64,000 nucleotides of DNA from an uncultured Chloroflexia bacterium (lineage in GTDB: Bacteria; Chloroflexota; Limnocylindria; Limnocylindrales; CSP1-4): positions 145,093 to 209,092 of the forward strand of contig CAWEZH010000001.1 in NCBI GenBank assembly GCA_963813535.1, written 5' to 3'. Every line of letters starts with the position of its first letter. The first letter of the stretch is position 1. The notes under the pieces are model-generated. The model was given only the letters and a program-made list of their open reading frames with translations, was not told the DNA's origin and ran no database searches. Below are positions 41,135 to 51,473 of the stretch, piece by piece. The position numbers were made by a program, and so were the translations under genes.

Positions 41135-43132
41135 CTAGTGGTGCCGCGTCGCCCAGGGTGGCGTCACGGCCGTGGGCATCCCCGGAGCGTGGGACGGCCG
41201 GTTCCGGTCCCGCGGCGAGCCCGGGAGCGGCGGGTTCCAACCTCCGACCTGCGCCTCGAGACTCGCCGCGGCGCCCAGACCCGCGGCCCCCGCTCCCTCC
41301 GATGCCGCCGGGGCATCGGAGGCGGCCTCCTGCTGGGCGGCGGGCGGCGGGACCCAGCCCTCGCCGATCTGCCGCTCGGGCGGCGCGAAGTCGCGGAACG
41401 GGATGATCTGCCGCTCGAACTTCTCGAGAAGCTCGGGATGCGCACGCTCGACCTCGCGGAACACCTCTTCGAGTTCGTCACCGATCAGCTCGTCGCGTTC
41501 GATCAAAGCCTTCGCAAGATGGTGGATCGCCGGTTCCTTCTCGCGCAGCAGGCGCTCGGTCTCGGCGTACAGCTCGTCGAGCATCTCGTGTGCGGCGACG
41601 ACGAACGGCGCCGGCGGCAGCTGACCCGGGATGACCGGGGCGATGATCTTCGTCGGTCCCATCGCGAACCGGGACACGTACATGACCGCGGCGTTGGTCG
41701 CCGCCTGCAGGTCGCTCGACGGCCCGGTCGACAGCGTGTCGAGGAACCGATCTTCTACCACGTGACCGGCCAGCGAGACCATGATCTGCGTCTCGATCCA
41801 GCGGGCGTACATCGACGTCCGCTCCTCGAGCGGCTTCTGCTGGACGTAGCCCAGCGCGTGGCCTCGCCGGATGATCGTCGCCTTGGAGATGCGATACGAG
41901 GGCCGGAGGTAGCGGGCCGCCACGGCGTGCCCGGACTCGTGGTACGCCGTCTCGCGGCGGTCGGTCAGGTTCCACGCACGGATCGGCTGCTTCAACCCGA
42001 GCGCCCGCTCGTCGGCGGCGTTCAACCAGTCCTTGTAGGTCAGGAACTCGCGGCCATCCTGGTGAGCGTGGATGAGGGCCTCGTTGATGATCGTCTTGAT
42101 CATGATCGGGGTCCAGCCCATCGAGTCGGTCAGCAAGAGGTCCATCGGGAGGTCCGGGTCGTGCTGCTTCTTCGAGAGGTAGTGCTCGATGATGTCGCGC
42201 CGACCCTCCAGGTCCGGCTCGTGGACGACGATCATCCGATCGAGTCGACCGGGCCGGATCAGGGCCGGATCGAGGACCTCGGGTCGGTTGGTGGCGCCGA
42301 TGACGAACACGAGTGGCTTGTCGTTGACCGGGCCGCGGATGAGGCCGAACCAGCGGAGGATCTTGTATCGCCAGCGGTCCTCGACCAGGCCGGCGAGCGA
42401 GTCCATCTGGTTGAGCAGGGTATTCAGGCCCTGGCCCCCGCCCATCATCATGCCGCCCATCATCATGCCGCCGCTGCTCTGGCCACCCCGGTTCATGCCG
42501 ATCGAGTCGATCTCGTCCATGAACACGATGCAGGCGCCTCGTTGACCGGGTGCGGCGTACTTCCGACCGAGCCCGCGGGCGTCGCGGAAGAGCTTCATGA
42601 TCATCATCTCGGTCATGCCCCAGAACATGCCGCGGATCGAGCTCGCATCGATGTAGATGAACGGCAGCTGGGCCTCGGCGGCGATGACCGCGGCGAGGAA
42701 CGTCTTGCCGGTTCCGGGGGAGCCCGAGAGCAGCATGCCGCGCGGCATCTCGCCGCCCCGCCGCTCGAACTCCCTCACGCCCTTCAGGATCCCGACGGTC
42801 ATCTTGGCGTGCTCGAGCAGGTCCGGCTGACCGCGATAGTCAGCGAACGACATCCCGATCTGCTGATCGTCCGGCGTGACCGTGTACTTGCGCGGTCGTG
42901 ACAGGAACCAGAACAGGAACCCGAACTGGACGATGAGGTAGAAGGCAGCAAAGGACAGCTGGAGGGCGAACGCCGGGACGGAGGCGATGATGCCGGCCAC
43001 GGACTGGAGGAACGCGACCGTGCCGCTCGAGGCGATGAGCGCCGTGACGATCGCCAGGACGATCAGCAGTCGGAAGAGGTTCCTGTTCCAGACGAAGCTG
43101 AGGTTGTTGAAGAACCCGCGAACTGCTGTCAT
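41135..43132 (-). CDS. FtsH-like AAA+ zinc metalloprotease (M41), divergent paralog
   Basis: Two N-terminal TMs, GSPGTGKT, VFMDEID, ATNRPEVLDPALIRPGRLDR, HESGH and GPSSD motifs. Confidence 0.92.
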   Translation of the reverse strand: MTAVRGFFNNLSFVWNRNLFRLLIVLAIVTALIASSGTVAFLQSVAGIIASVPAFALQLSFAAFYLIVQFGFLFWFLSRPRKYTVTPDDQQIGMSFADYRGQPDLLEHAKMTVGILKGVREFERRGGEMPRGMLLSGSPGTGKTFLAAVIAAEAQLPFIYIDASSIRGMFWGMTEMMIMKLFRDARGLGRKYAAPGQRGACIVFMDEIDSIGMNRGGQSSGGMMMGGMMMGGGQGLNTLLNQMDSLAGLVEDRWRYKILRWFGLIRGPVNDKPLVFVIGATNRPEVLDPALIRPGRLDRMIVVHEPDLEGRRDIIEHYLSKKQHDPDLPMDLLLTDSMGWTPIMIKTIINEALIHAHQDGREFLTYKDWLNAADERALGLKQPIRAWNLTDRRETAYHESGHAVAARYLRPSYRISKATIIRRGHALGYVQQKPLEERTSMYARWIETQIMVSLAGHVVEDRFLDTLSTGPSSDLQAATNAAVMYVSRFAMGPTKIIAPVIPGQLPPAPFVVAAHEMLDELYAETERLLREKEPAIHHLAKALIERDELIGDELEEVFREVERAHPELLEKFERQIIPFRDFAPPERQIGEGWVPPPAAQQEAASDAPAASEGAGAAGLGAAASLEAQVGGWNPPLPGSPRDRNRPSHAPGMPTAVTPPWATRHH

Positions 43133-43887
43133 CGGAAACCCTCGATCTTTCCGCCATCCACCAGGATGACCAGGTTGATCGCGAACGAGATGCCGTCATC
43201 CCGCTCGTAGTGCATCAGGATCTCGGTGGCCGATCGGGGACCGTCGACCGTGGTGCCGAGGATCTCGACCCGATCGACCCGCTGGATCCCGTATTTCGTC
43301 AACTCTCGCGTGAGGTCGAGGTGTGGATCGCGGTCGAGCGACGAGCGCACGGCGTCCGCATCGTTGATCGCCAGAGCCGAGATGAACTCCTGGGCGGCAG
43401 CTGGCGGATTCCCGAGCTCGGTGCCGGGCTCGCCGACCGCCGTCGGAGCCGCCTGCGTCCTCAGGAAGATGACGTTGCCCAGCGCGATGCCACCGACGAG
43501 CAGCCCGAGCCCGATGAGGACCGTGGCCACCGTCTTCAGGACGCCGCCGACGACGCGGCGCCGCGAGCCGGTCTCGGTCTTGGGTTCCTCGTCAGACGCT
43601 GCATCGATCGTCGCGACCGCCTCGGCTGTCGTGGGCGCATCCTCGGCAACGATCGCGGCCTCGGCTGCGACGGTGGCCTCAGGTGAGACGGTGGCCTCAG
43701 GTGACTCGGCGCTCGAGGTGGCGTCGGCGCTCGCAGTGGCGGCCATCTCGCCACTCTGTGCGGCCGCGGCCTCGGCGCTCGCGGCGGGCTCGGCCGTCTG
43801 ACCCTCACCGGGCGGTGGTTCGCCGGCGCTCGGCTGGGGCTGGGTCGTGGCGTCGTCCTCGGGACGGCGCACCGGTTCGTCACTCAT
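43129..43887 (-). CDS. Hypothetical single-TM protein (acidic disordered N-term, small alpha/beta C-domain)
   Basis: ATGA overlaps at both ends; one TM; 18-bp tandem duplication at 43669-43704 (SPEATV x2). Confidence 0.75.
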   Translation of the reverse strand: MSDEPVRRPEDDATTQPQPSAGEPPPGEGQTAEPAASAEAAAAQSGEMAATASADATSSAESPEATVSPEATVAAEAAIVAEDAPTTAEAVATIDAASDEEPKTETGSRRRVVGGVLKTVATVLIGLGLLVGGIALGNVIFLRTQAAPTAVGEPGTELGNPPAAAQEFISALAINDADAVRSSLDRDPHLDLTRELTKYGIQRVDRVEILGTTVDGPRSATEILMHYERDDGISFAINLVILVDGGKIEGFR

Positions 43888-44324
43888 GGCGTCTGGATCG
43901 AGGGCGGCGGTTCGATCAACTCGACCCTGCCCGCCTGCGTCGCGACCCGCCAGGCGAGCTGGTCGTCGGCTCCCGCGTTGTCCACCACGTGCGATGCGTA
44001 CGCGTGCAGCGACAGTCCGTTGCCGATGACCCACGAGCCGAGGTGGACAGGTGGATCGACCTTCAGGTACTCCGCCTTGACGCGGGCGGCCTTCGCCTTC
44101 ACGGCCGCCGGGATACCGAGGAGGTCGAGCGTCGCCTGATCGTCCGCGACGTACGCGGTGATGAACTGGCGAGCGACCGCGGATTCGGCGGTCCGCGCCT
44201 GGGTCTCAGGCTTCGGGGACATGTCCGCGATGACGGACGGCACGAGGAAGCCGAGCAGCAACCCGATGGCCAGCGTGGCGCCGGCGCGAGTCACGCGTCG
44301 TCTCCAGACCCGTCCTCGACGCAT
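43884..44324 (-). CDS. Hypothetical protein with N-terminal TM/signal
   Basis: GGAGGG SD; TACACT -10 at 44360-44365; AVARQFITAYVADD helix resembles AAQEFISALAIND in the neighbour. Confidence 0.75.
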   Translation of the reverse strand: MRRGRVWRRRVTRAGATLAIGLLLGFLVPSVIADMSPKPETQARTAESAVARQFITAYVADDQATLDLLGIPAAVKAKAARVKAEYLKVDPPVHLGSWVIGNGLSLHAYASHVVDNAGADDQLAWRVATQAGRVELIEPPPSIQTP

Positions 44325-44481
44325 CGATCCCTCCGTTGCAAGCGAACGTCGTGCCGCGCAGTGTAAGACCGTTTTCCTGTAGGTGGCGCCGGCGACGTGT
44401 CCCGTGTCAACGCTGGATTCGTCGCACTCCGCGGTTCGGATGCAGACGCGCGTGGGGAAATGTCGGTTCCAGACGGTCGGG

Positions 44482-45519
44482 CTAGCGCGTGCGGGTGACC
44501 TTGTTCAGGTTCCGCGGCCGTTCGGGATCCAGGCCGCGTGCTCGGGCCAGATGGAGGGCGTGGAGCTGCCCGATCACGATCGACACGATCGGGCCAAGCC
44601 ATTCCGGTGTCCCGCCAGGCAGGCCGAACGGCCAGCGCGCCAGCGCCAGGGCGTCGGGCTGGTCCGATACCACCGCGATCTCGGCATCGAGGTCCGCCCG
44701 CAGCCGTTCGAGCAGCGCGATCACGGGCGCCGCGGTCGGGCCCGGTCGGACGGTGGCCAGCACCGGCACGCCCGCTTCGAGGAGGGCGAGCGGTCCGTGT
44801 TCGAAGTCGGCCGCGGAATACGGGTCCGCGAACACGCGCGCCAGCTCTTTGAGCTTGAGCGCCCATTCCCGGGCCGTGGCGTATTCGTATCCGCGCGCGA
44901 GGACGAGCAATCGGTCCGCCGATGGTTGTTCGCGCGCCATCGACTCGACCGCGCCTTCGTGCCCGAGTGCATCCGCGATCGCGTCGGGGATCGCGACCAG
45001 CGCCGCGGTGTCGGCCGGTTCGCCCGATAACGCCGCCGACAGCGCGGCGATCGCCAGCAGTTCGGTCGTGTAGGTCTTTGTCGCCGCGACCGCGAGTTCA
45101 GGTCCTGCGCCGAGGTCGATCGTCGTCTCCGCGGCGAGCGCCAGCGGCGACGCCGGGTCGTTGGTGATCGCCAGCGTGGGTGCGCCCTGCGCCCGGCCGG
45201 CATCGATGACGGCGACGACGTCCGGTGACGCGCCCGACTGGCTGATCCCGATGACGAGCGAGCGGTCGAGCCGCGGCTGGGCGCCGTACAGCGAGATGAC
45301 CGACGGCGTCCCGAGCCCGACCGACAGCGCATGCCGGACGCCCAGCACGTACTGCGCGTAGATCGCGGCATGATCGCTCGTCCCGCGCGCGGCGATGACG
45401 ACGTGATCGACCTCGTGCGCGCGCATCGACTCGACCAGCGGGCCGACGGCTTCCGGCGCGCGACGAAGGAACCGCGCCGCGACCTCGGGCTGTTCGAGGA
45501 TCTCGTCCCGCAGCGTCAT
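44482..45519 (-). CDS. Double SIS-domain protein (glucosamine-6-phosphate deaminase/isomerase-like)
   Basis: EILEQP, ARGTS, ISQSG, VAATKTY, EWALKLKE, FEHGP and PRNLNKVTRT motifs. Confidence 0.9.
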   Translation of the reverse strand: MTLRDEILEQPEVAARFLRRAPEAVGPLVESMRAHEVDHVVIAARGTSDHAAIYAQYVLGVRHALSVGLGTPSVISLYGAQPRLDRSLVIGISQSGASPDVVAVIDAGRAQGAPTLAITNDPASPLALAAETTIDLGAGPELAVAATKTYTTELLAIAALSAALSGEPADTAALVAIPDAIADALGHEGAVESMAREQPSADRLLVLARGYEYATAREWALKLKELARVFADPYSAADFEHGPLALLEAGVPVLATVRPGPTAAPVIALLERLRADLDAEIAVVSDQPDALALARWPFGLPGGTPEWLGPIVSIVIGQLHALHLARARGLDPERPRNLNKVTRTR

Positions 45520-47123
45520 CCGGTGGCGTCGGGGGGTCGGACCGGGAGGCGACCGACGGCCTCGGCCTCGCCCGCCAGCGCGGCCACGAGGGCGTCGAGC
45601 GAGCCCGGCAGGATCGAGTACGTCGCGAGCGCCGTCGACTCCTCCGGGTAGGCGGCGACGTCCCACGGTCCGCGCATGGCGACCGCGATCGTCGGCGTGC
45701 CGGTCGCGACGACCGACTCGACGAGATCGATCTGGGAGCGCAGCCGATGGCCGTCGATGGTGCCGATCACGACGACGTCCGCGGCGTCGGCGCGGGCGCG
45801 GATCGCGGCGATCGACGCTGCGTCAGGTTCGGGTTCGACGACCACCTCGTCCACCTGGCCATGGTAGCGACGGAGGGCGGCCGCGAGCGTCGGCTCGACG
45901 GTCGAGGAGGTGTCGGCCGGCGTGAGGTCGGTGGGTCGGGGCATGACCGCCAGGGCGCGACGGATCGAGTCCCAGCGGAGGGGCAGCAAACCGCCCGGAT
46001 CCCGAACGAGCGTGATCGACCGGGCCGCCAGTTCCGCGGCGAGCACTCGATGCGCGGCGCTGCCGACGACATCGATGCCGGGCGCGACTCCGGCCGCGCT
46101 GAGCCACGCCCGGAGCGAGCCAAGACGACGTTCCGCGGCGGCCATCTCGTCTCCGTCGAACACGCCGCGCGAGGCCGCGTCCGTGAGCGCACGCTCGATC
46201 CGCGCCGTCGCCTCGGGATCCGCGGCCGTGAGCAGGAGATCGACGCCGGCCTGGATCGCGGCGACCACATCGGGCACGCCGTCGGCGCCACGCCCCACGC
46301 CGGCCATGTCCAGCGCATCGGTGATCGACACGCCATCGAATCCGAGATCGCCGCGCAGCAGGTCGGTCATCACGGCCCGCGACAGCGTGGACGGCAGGTC
46401 GTCGCGGCCGCTCACCGCGGGCAGCGCGATATGCGCGGACATCGCGACGCGGGCCCCGGCCGCCACCGCGGCGCGGAACGGGACGAGCTCACGTGCATCG
46501 AGGCTCGCGCGCGAGGAACCCACCGTCGCGATGCCATGGTGCGGGTCGTCGGCCGCCTCGCCGGCCCCCGGAAAGTGCTTGATGGCCGCGGCCACGCCGG
46601 CCGACTGGAGGCCGCGGACCATCGCCGCCCCGTGCCGCGCGACCAACGCCGAACCGTCGCCGAACGCGCGGATCCCCAGCGCCGGATTGGCCGGGTTCGA
46701 GGCGATGTCGAGCACCGGCGCGTAGATCACGTTGACCCCCATCGCCCGCGCCTCGGTGCCGATCGCCCGGCCGACGCGCTCCGTGAGCGACACATCATCG
46801 ACCGCGCCGAGGGCCATGTTGCCGGCGAATGGCGTCGACCCATCGCCCAGGGCGATGAACTGCCCACCTTCCTGGTCGGCCGCGATGAGGAGCGGCGCGG
46901 GCCCGTCGGCGGCGCCACTGCCGGCCGCAGCGCCACGCCCCGTCCGCTGCACCGCGTCGGTCAGCTCCCGAACCTGACCGGGCGTCCGGATATTGCCGTG
47001 GCGGAACAGCGTCACCCCCGCCGACGGCGCCTCGGACAGCCGTCGCGCCATCGCGTCCGGCAACGTCACCCCATCGAACGCGAGCATCACCCGCGCCAGG
47101 ATCGCGTCGGCGCCCGCGGTCAC
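45516..47123 (-). CDS. nagZ: GH3 beta-N-acetylhexosaminidase
   Basis: AADQEGG, APVLD, KHFPGAG..DPH and TDALDM motifs. Confidence 0.85.
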   Translation of the reverse strand: MTAGADAILARVMLAFDGVTLPDAMARRLSEAPSAGVTLFRHGNIRTPGQVRELTDAVQRTGRGAAAGSGAADGPAPLLIAADQEGGQFIALGDGSTPFAGNMALGAVDDVSLTERVGRAIGTEARAMGVNVIYAPVLDIASNPANPALGIRAFGDGSALVARHGAAMVRGLQSAGVAAAIKHFPGAGEAADDPHHGIATVGSSRASLDARELVPFRAAVAAGARVAMSAHIALPAVSGRDDLPSTLSRAVMTDLLRGDLGFDGVSITDALDMAGVGRGADGVPDVVAAIQAGVDLLLTAADPEATARIERALTDAASRGVFDGDEMAAAERRLGSLRAWLSAAGVAPGIDVVGSAAHRVLAAELAARSITLVRDPGGLLPLRWDSIRRALAVMPRPTDLTPADTSSTVEPTLAAALRRYHGQVDEVVVEPEPDAASIAAIRARADAADVVVIGTIDGHRLRSQIDLVESVVATGTPTIAVAMRGPWDVAAYPEESTALATYSILPGSLDALVAALAGEAEAVGRLPVRPPDATG

Positions 47124-47124
47124 C

Positions 47125-48012
47125 TCAGCCCTTGACCGCGCCCGACAGTCCGCGGACGAAGTACCGCTGCACGAGGATGAAGAACAGCAGGATCGGCACG
47201 ACCGTCATCGTCACACCGGCCGCGATCGACCGGAAGTCGGACGAGAAGAACCCTTGCAGCGCCGCCAGCCCGACCGGCAACGTCATCCCATCGGGTGTGT
47301 GCAGCATCAGCGACGGCCACAGGAAATCGTTCCACGACGTGACGAACGTGAAGATCGCCACGGCCGCCAGCGACGGCCGGATGATCGGTAGCAGGATCGA
47401 CCACCAGATCCGCCACTCCCCCGCCCCGTCGACCCGGGCGGCGTCGACCAGCTCGTCGGGCACGCCGCGGAACGCCTGCCGCAGCAGGAAGATATTGAAC
47501 GCGCTCACGATGTTCGGGAGGATCAGCGCCGGCAGCGTGTCGTAGTAGTGGAAGACGTTGACCGCCAGGATGAAGCTCGGGATATAGGTGAGCTGCGCCG
47601 GCACGATCAGCGTCGCGAGCAGCAGGTAGAAGATGAAATCGCGGCCCGCGAAGCGCATCTTTGCCAGGGGATAGGCCGCCAGCGCCGCCACCAGCACGTT
47701 CAGCAGCCCGGTCGCGACGGCCACCGTCGTCGAGTTCAGGAAGAACGATGCGATGGGCAGGCTCTCCCAGACCTTGACGTAGCTCGCGAGCGTCGGATCG
47801 TTCGGGAAGAACTGCGGCGGCACCGACGTGATGGCGTCCGACGGTCCCTTGATCGACGTCAGCAGCATCCACGCGAACGGGAAGACCGTGATCACGGCCA
47901 TCGCCGTCAGCACGACATACCAGACCCCGTCGCGCAGCCACCGACCGTGTCGAGTCGCCTTCCGGCGAGACCGCTCCGCGACCCGGATGTCGGTCATCGT
48001 CGTGGCGCTCAT
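47125..48012 (-). CDS. Carbohydrate ABC transporter permease
   Basis: EAA loop ELVDAARVDGA; WNDFLWP. Confidence 0.93.
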   Translation of the reverse strand: MSATTMTDIRVAERSRRKATRHGRWLRDGVWYVVLTAMAVITVFPFAWMLLTSIKGPSDAITSVPPQFFPNDPTLASYVKVWESLPIASFFLNSTTVAVATGLLNVLVAALAAYPLAKMRFAGRDFIFYLLLATLIVPAQLTYIPSFILAVNVFHYYDTLPALILPNIVSAFNIFLLRQAFRGVPDELVDAARVDGAGEWRIWWSILLPIIRPSLAAVAIFTFVTSWNDFLWPSLMLHTPDGMTLPVGLAALQGFFSSDFRSIAAGVTMTVVPILLFFILVQRYFVRGLSGAVKG

Positions 48013-48890
48013 CGCACGGCACTCGCATCGCCGCGCTCCAGCAGCCGCACGTTGACCACCGAGAACCCGAGCGTGATGACCAGCAGCACGATGGCGATGG
48101 CCGACGCATAGCCCGCGTTCTGGCGTTCGAACGCCTGCTCCCACAGGTAGAAGACCATCGTCACGCCGCTGTCGAGGATGCCGCCCGTCCGATTGGTCAG
48201 GACGTAGATCTCGTCGAACACCTTCAGCGCGGCCAGGCTCGAGATCACCCCGACGAAGACGATCTGCGGGCGGAGCGCCGGGATGCTGACGTAGCGATGC
48301 TTCTGGAGGTTGCTGCAGCCGTCGATCCGGGCAGCGTCGTAGAGCTCCTCGGGCACGTTCTGGAGCCCGGCCAGGAAGATGACCGAGTAGTAGCCGATGC
48401 CAGCCCAGATCGTGAGCATCATCGCGAGCGGCAGGACGAGGGACGGGGTCGCGAGCCACTGGATCGGCTCGTCGATGAGACCCCACGACTGGAGCACGGA
48501 GTTGACGAACCCGCTCCGGTCGAACAACCAGCGCCACGACAGCCCGATGGCGATCGATCCACTGACCGCCGGCACGAAGTACAACGCCCGGTAGATGTGG
48601 ATCCCGCGTAGCTTGCGGTTGACGACGATCGCCAGCCCGATCGACAGCACGATCAGGATCGGCGTGACCAGCAGATAGATGAATGAGTGCAGCAGCGCGA
48701 GCTTGAACGTGTCGTCGTCGAGCAGCGCCACGAAGTTGTCGAGGCCGACGAAGACCGGCGGCCGGACGATGTCGTAGTCGGTGAGGCTGTACCAGAAGAC
48801 GGCCACGATCGGGTAGAAGACGAAGACGCCCAGCAGCGCTAGCGCTGGGAGAAGGAACAGGTACGGCGTCGCGCGGCGCTTCCTGGTCAT
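48009..48890 (-). CDS. Carbohydrate ABC transporter permease
   Basis: FVGLDNF, ELYDAARIDG and GYASAIA motifs. Confidence 0.93.
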   Translation of the reverse strand: MTRKRRATPYLFLLPALALLGVFVFYPIVAVFWYSLTDYDIVRPPVFVGLDNFVALLDDDTFKLALLHSFIYLLVTPILIVLSIGLAIVVNRKLRGIHIYRALYFVPAVSGSIAIGLSWRWLFDRSGFVNSVLQSWGLIDEPIQWLATPSLVLPLAMMLTIWAGIGYYSVIFLAGLQNVPEELYDAARIDGCSNLQKHRYVSIPALRPQIVFVGVISSLAALKVFDEIYVLTNRTGGILDSGVTMVFYLWEQAFERQNAGYASAIAIVLLVITLGFSVVNVRLLERGDASAVR

Positions 48891-48948
48891 CGGTCAGTCA
48901 GATCCCTGCGGGCCTCACGAACGGCCTCGTGATGAGGCCGGACAAGAT

Positions 48949-48985
48949 GTCGGCCCGCCTCCTGGGGGAACGGAGGCGGGCCGAC
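48949..48985. terminator. 14-bp stem hairpin after the solute-binding protein gene (mRNA stabiliser or partial terminator)
   Basis: GTCGGCCCGCCTCC / GGAGGCGGGCCGAC; a second hairpin lies near 48910-48940. Confidence 0.6.
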
Positions 48986-49000
48986 TTGGTGGAGCTGCTC

Positions 49001-50398
49001 CTAGTCGAGCAGCTTGTTGGCCTCGGCGACCGCATCGGTCAGGGCCTGCTGGGCGGGGACTCCGCCGAAGAGGGCCTGCTCGACGGCCGTCAGGACCACG
49101 GCGTTGACATCGGCCTTGTTGGGGATGGTCGGGACGATGTCAGCGTACTTGGCGATGGTCTCGCCAGCGGTTCCTCGGGCGCTGTCCTCGATCAACGGGG
49201 ACTCGGCGCTGAAGTAGGGGTCCTCGAACGCCTTCGGTGACGACGGGTAGACCGCCGACATCTGCGAGAGCGCGACCATCGTGCGCGGGTTCGTGAAGAA
49301 CTGCGCCAGCGCGATCGATGCGTTCGGGAACTTGGTGTCGGCCTTGACGGACATGCCCATCAGGCCCTTGCCGAGGACACCCGACTTGCCGACCGGGGCC
49401 GGCACGACGGCGAGATCCTCGTAGAGGGACGCGTTGTTGGCCTTGACTTCGCGGATCAGGTTCGGGCCGGTCTGGTAGAACGGCGCCTGCCCGGCCGAGA
49501 AGATGAGCAGGCCGACGCGGTCGTCCTTGGTGGTCAGCGCGGTGTTATCGACCGTGCCGGCCGCGACCATGTCGACGTACATCTGCAGCCACTCGACTGC
49601 CTCAGGCGAGTCGAACGTGAAGCTCGTGCCGTCGTCCGACAGGACCTTGACGTTGCCCTCGTAGACCATCTGGGCAAGGAGGTCGTTGACGGTCATCCGC
49701 AGGTCGCAGACGACATTCGCCTTCTCCTTGAGCGTCTGGCACAGGGCCGGCAGCTCCTGGACGGTCTTCGGGAACGCTGCGGGATCGAGACCGGCGGCCT
49801 CGAAATGGCGCGTGTTGATCAGCTCGACGCTGACGCCCTGGTAGTACGGGAACTGGAAGTTCTTGCCATCGACGTTCTGCGCCTTCCACAGGCCCTCGAA
49901 GTAGATGTCCTTGACTTCCTGCGGGACGCGGCTGTCGAGCTCGAGCAGCAGGTCGCGCGTGGCGTAGTCGGAGACCCAGCCCTCACCGACCGAGAGGTTG
50001 ATGACGTCTGGGGCGTTGCCAGCCGCGAACGAGTTGTTGAGGTCTTCCTGGAAGGTCGCCTGATGATCCTCCCAGTTGACCTTGACGCCCGGGTACGTCT
50101 CTTCGAAGCGGGCGATCGTGGCCTTGATGTAGTCGTCGAAGGTCGGCGACAGCCAGAAGGTCCAGAGACCGACTTCAGCGTTCGCTTCGACGTTCGAGAT
50201 GACCGCCTCAGCCGGGTCGGCCGCAAGCGGTGCCGGCGAGGCGGACTCGGCCGGGGCGCTCGCGGATGCGCTGGCGTCGGTGGTCGGTGCCGCGGACGCG
50301 GCCGAGGGTGCAGCTGACGGAGTCGTACCGGCGCATGCCGAGATGACGAGCATCGCTCCGAGCAGTAACCCCAGATGCCGCTTGATCTTCGTGTCCAT
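49001..50398 (-). CDS. Sugar ABC transporter substrate-binding lipoprotein
   Basis: Lipobox ISAC, Ser/Ala/Pro linker, FEETYPGVKV and AGNAPDV motifs. Confidence 0.92.
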   Translation of the reverse strand: MDTKIKRHLGLLLGAMLVISACAGTTPSAAPSAASAAPTTDASASASAPAESASPAPLAADPAEAVISNVEANAEVGLWTFWLSPTFDDYIKATIARFEETYPGVKVNWEDHQATFQEDLNNSFAAGNAPDVINLSVGEGWVSDYATRDLLLELDSRVPQEVKDIYFEGLWKAQNVDGKNFQFPYYQGVSVELINTRHFEAAGLDPAAFPKTVQELPALCQTLKEKANVVCDLRMTVNDLLAQMVYEGNVKVLSDDGTSFTFDSPEAVEWLQMYVDMVAAGTVDNTALTTKDDRVGLLIFSAGQAPFYQTGPNLIREVKANNASLYEDLAVVPAPVGKSGVLGKGLMGMSVKADTKFPNASIALAQFFTNPRTMVALSQMSAVYPSSPKAFEDPYFSAESPLIEDSARGTAGETIAKYADIVPTIPNKADVNAVVLTAVEQALFGGVPAQQALTDAVAEANKLLD

Positions 50399-50468
50399 CG
50401 CTCCTCCTTGGTGGTTCTTCCGTTAGGTGGTGTGTCGGTTCCTTGGTCGTTGGATCGGCTGGCTGGCG

Positions 50469-51473
50469 TCAGGCGTGGCTCACCACCTCCGATCCCTGAT
50501 GGGTGGTCCTCGCCACGGCGACGGCGCCCCACGCGCCGGCTTCGGATCCCGGTGGCAGGACATCGACGATGTCGGGAGGCAGCAGCTCCGAGGCGAGGTC
50601 CGATGCAGCCCGAAGCCGCTCGAGCTCCCGGCGCAGCGGGACCTCGAACGGGGAGCCGGCATGCGACACGCCGCCACCGACCACGACGCGTTGGACGTCG
50701 TAGGTCATGACGAGCGTGTGGATCGCCCAGGCGAGTCGTCGCCCGACGTCGTCGACGAGTTCGATGGCGGCCGGATCGCCGGCCTCGGCCGCGTCGTACA
50801 CCTCCTTGGCGGAGGGTTGGGCGGCGCGTCGGGCGATCGACGGGCCTGAGGCGAACGCCTCGAGACAGCCGTACTGCCCGCAGACGCAGCGGGGACCGTC
50901 GCCATCGATGATGGCGTGACCGATCTCGCCGGCCAGCCCGCGGGCACCGCGGTGGAGTCGACCGTCGAGCACGACGCCGGCCGCGATGCCGGTGCCGACC
51001 GCGAGGTAGGCGATGTCGCTGGCGTCCGGGACGACGCCGCGGTCGTGCAGGCCGATGGCGGCGGCCCGGACATCGTTCTCGATGACGACGGGGACGCCGA
51101 TCTCGAGCTCGAGCGCGTCGCGCAGGGCGAAGTCGGTCCAGCCGAGATTGACGGCAAGGGTCACGTGGCCGCGGTGCGGATCCACGCGGCCGGGGACGCC
51201 CACGCCGACCGCCTGGAGATCGCGTCGCTGGAGGCCGGCGGCGCCGAGGGCATCGTCGAGACAGGCGGCGATTGACGGGACGGCGCCGCCCTGGTCACCC
51301 ACGGAGGAGGCGTGGGTAGCGCGACCGAGGACGGCGCCATCGGCGTCGACGATGAGCGTGGCGATCTTGGTCCCACCGATATCGATACCGGCGACGGGAC
51401 CGCGTTGTCGTTTGGTGACGGTCTGGGATTCGCGACCCGTGCCGTTGCGCCGGAGGACGTCGAGGACGCTCAT
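50469..51473 (-). CDS. ROK family sugar kinase
   Basis: GIDIGGTK, IENDVR, GTG and GEIGH...CVCG..GCLE motifs. Confidence 0.9.
   Translation of the reverse strand: MSVLDVLRRNGTGRESQTVTKRQRGPVAGIDIGGTKIATLIVDADGAVLGRATHASSVGDQGGAVPSIAACLDDALGAAGLQRRDLQAVGVGVPGRVDPHRGHVTLAVNLGWTDFALRDALELEIGVPVVIENDVRAAAIGLHDRGVVPDASDIAYLAVGTGIAAGVVLDGRLHRGARGLAGEIGHAIIDGDGPRCVCGQYGCLEAFASGPSIARRAAQPSAKEVYDAAEAGDPAAIELVDDVGRRLAWAIHTLVMTYDVQRVVVGGGVSHAGSPFEVPLRRELERLRAASDLASELLPPDIVDVLPPGSEAGAWGAVAVARTTHQGSEVVSHA

Noticed and set aside
43669-43704. 18-bp tandem duplication
   Set aside because: In-frame repeat in a disordered linker; ordinary slippage.
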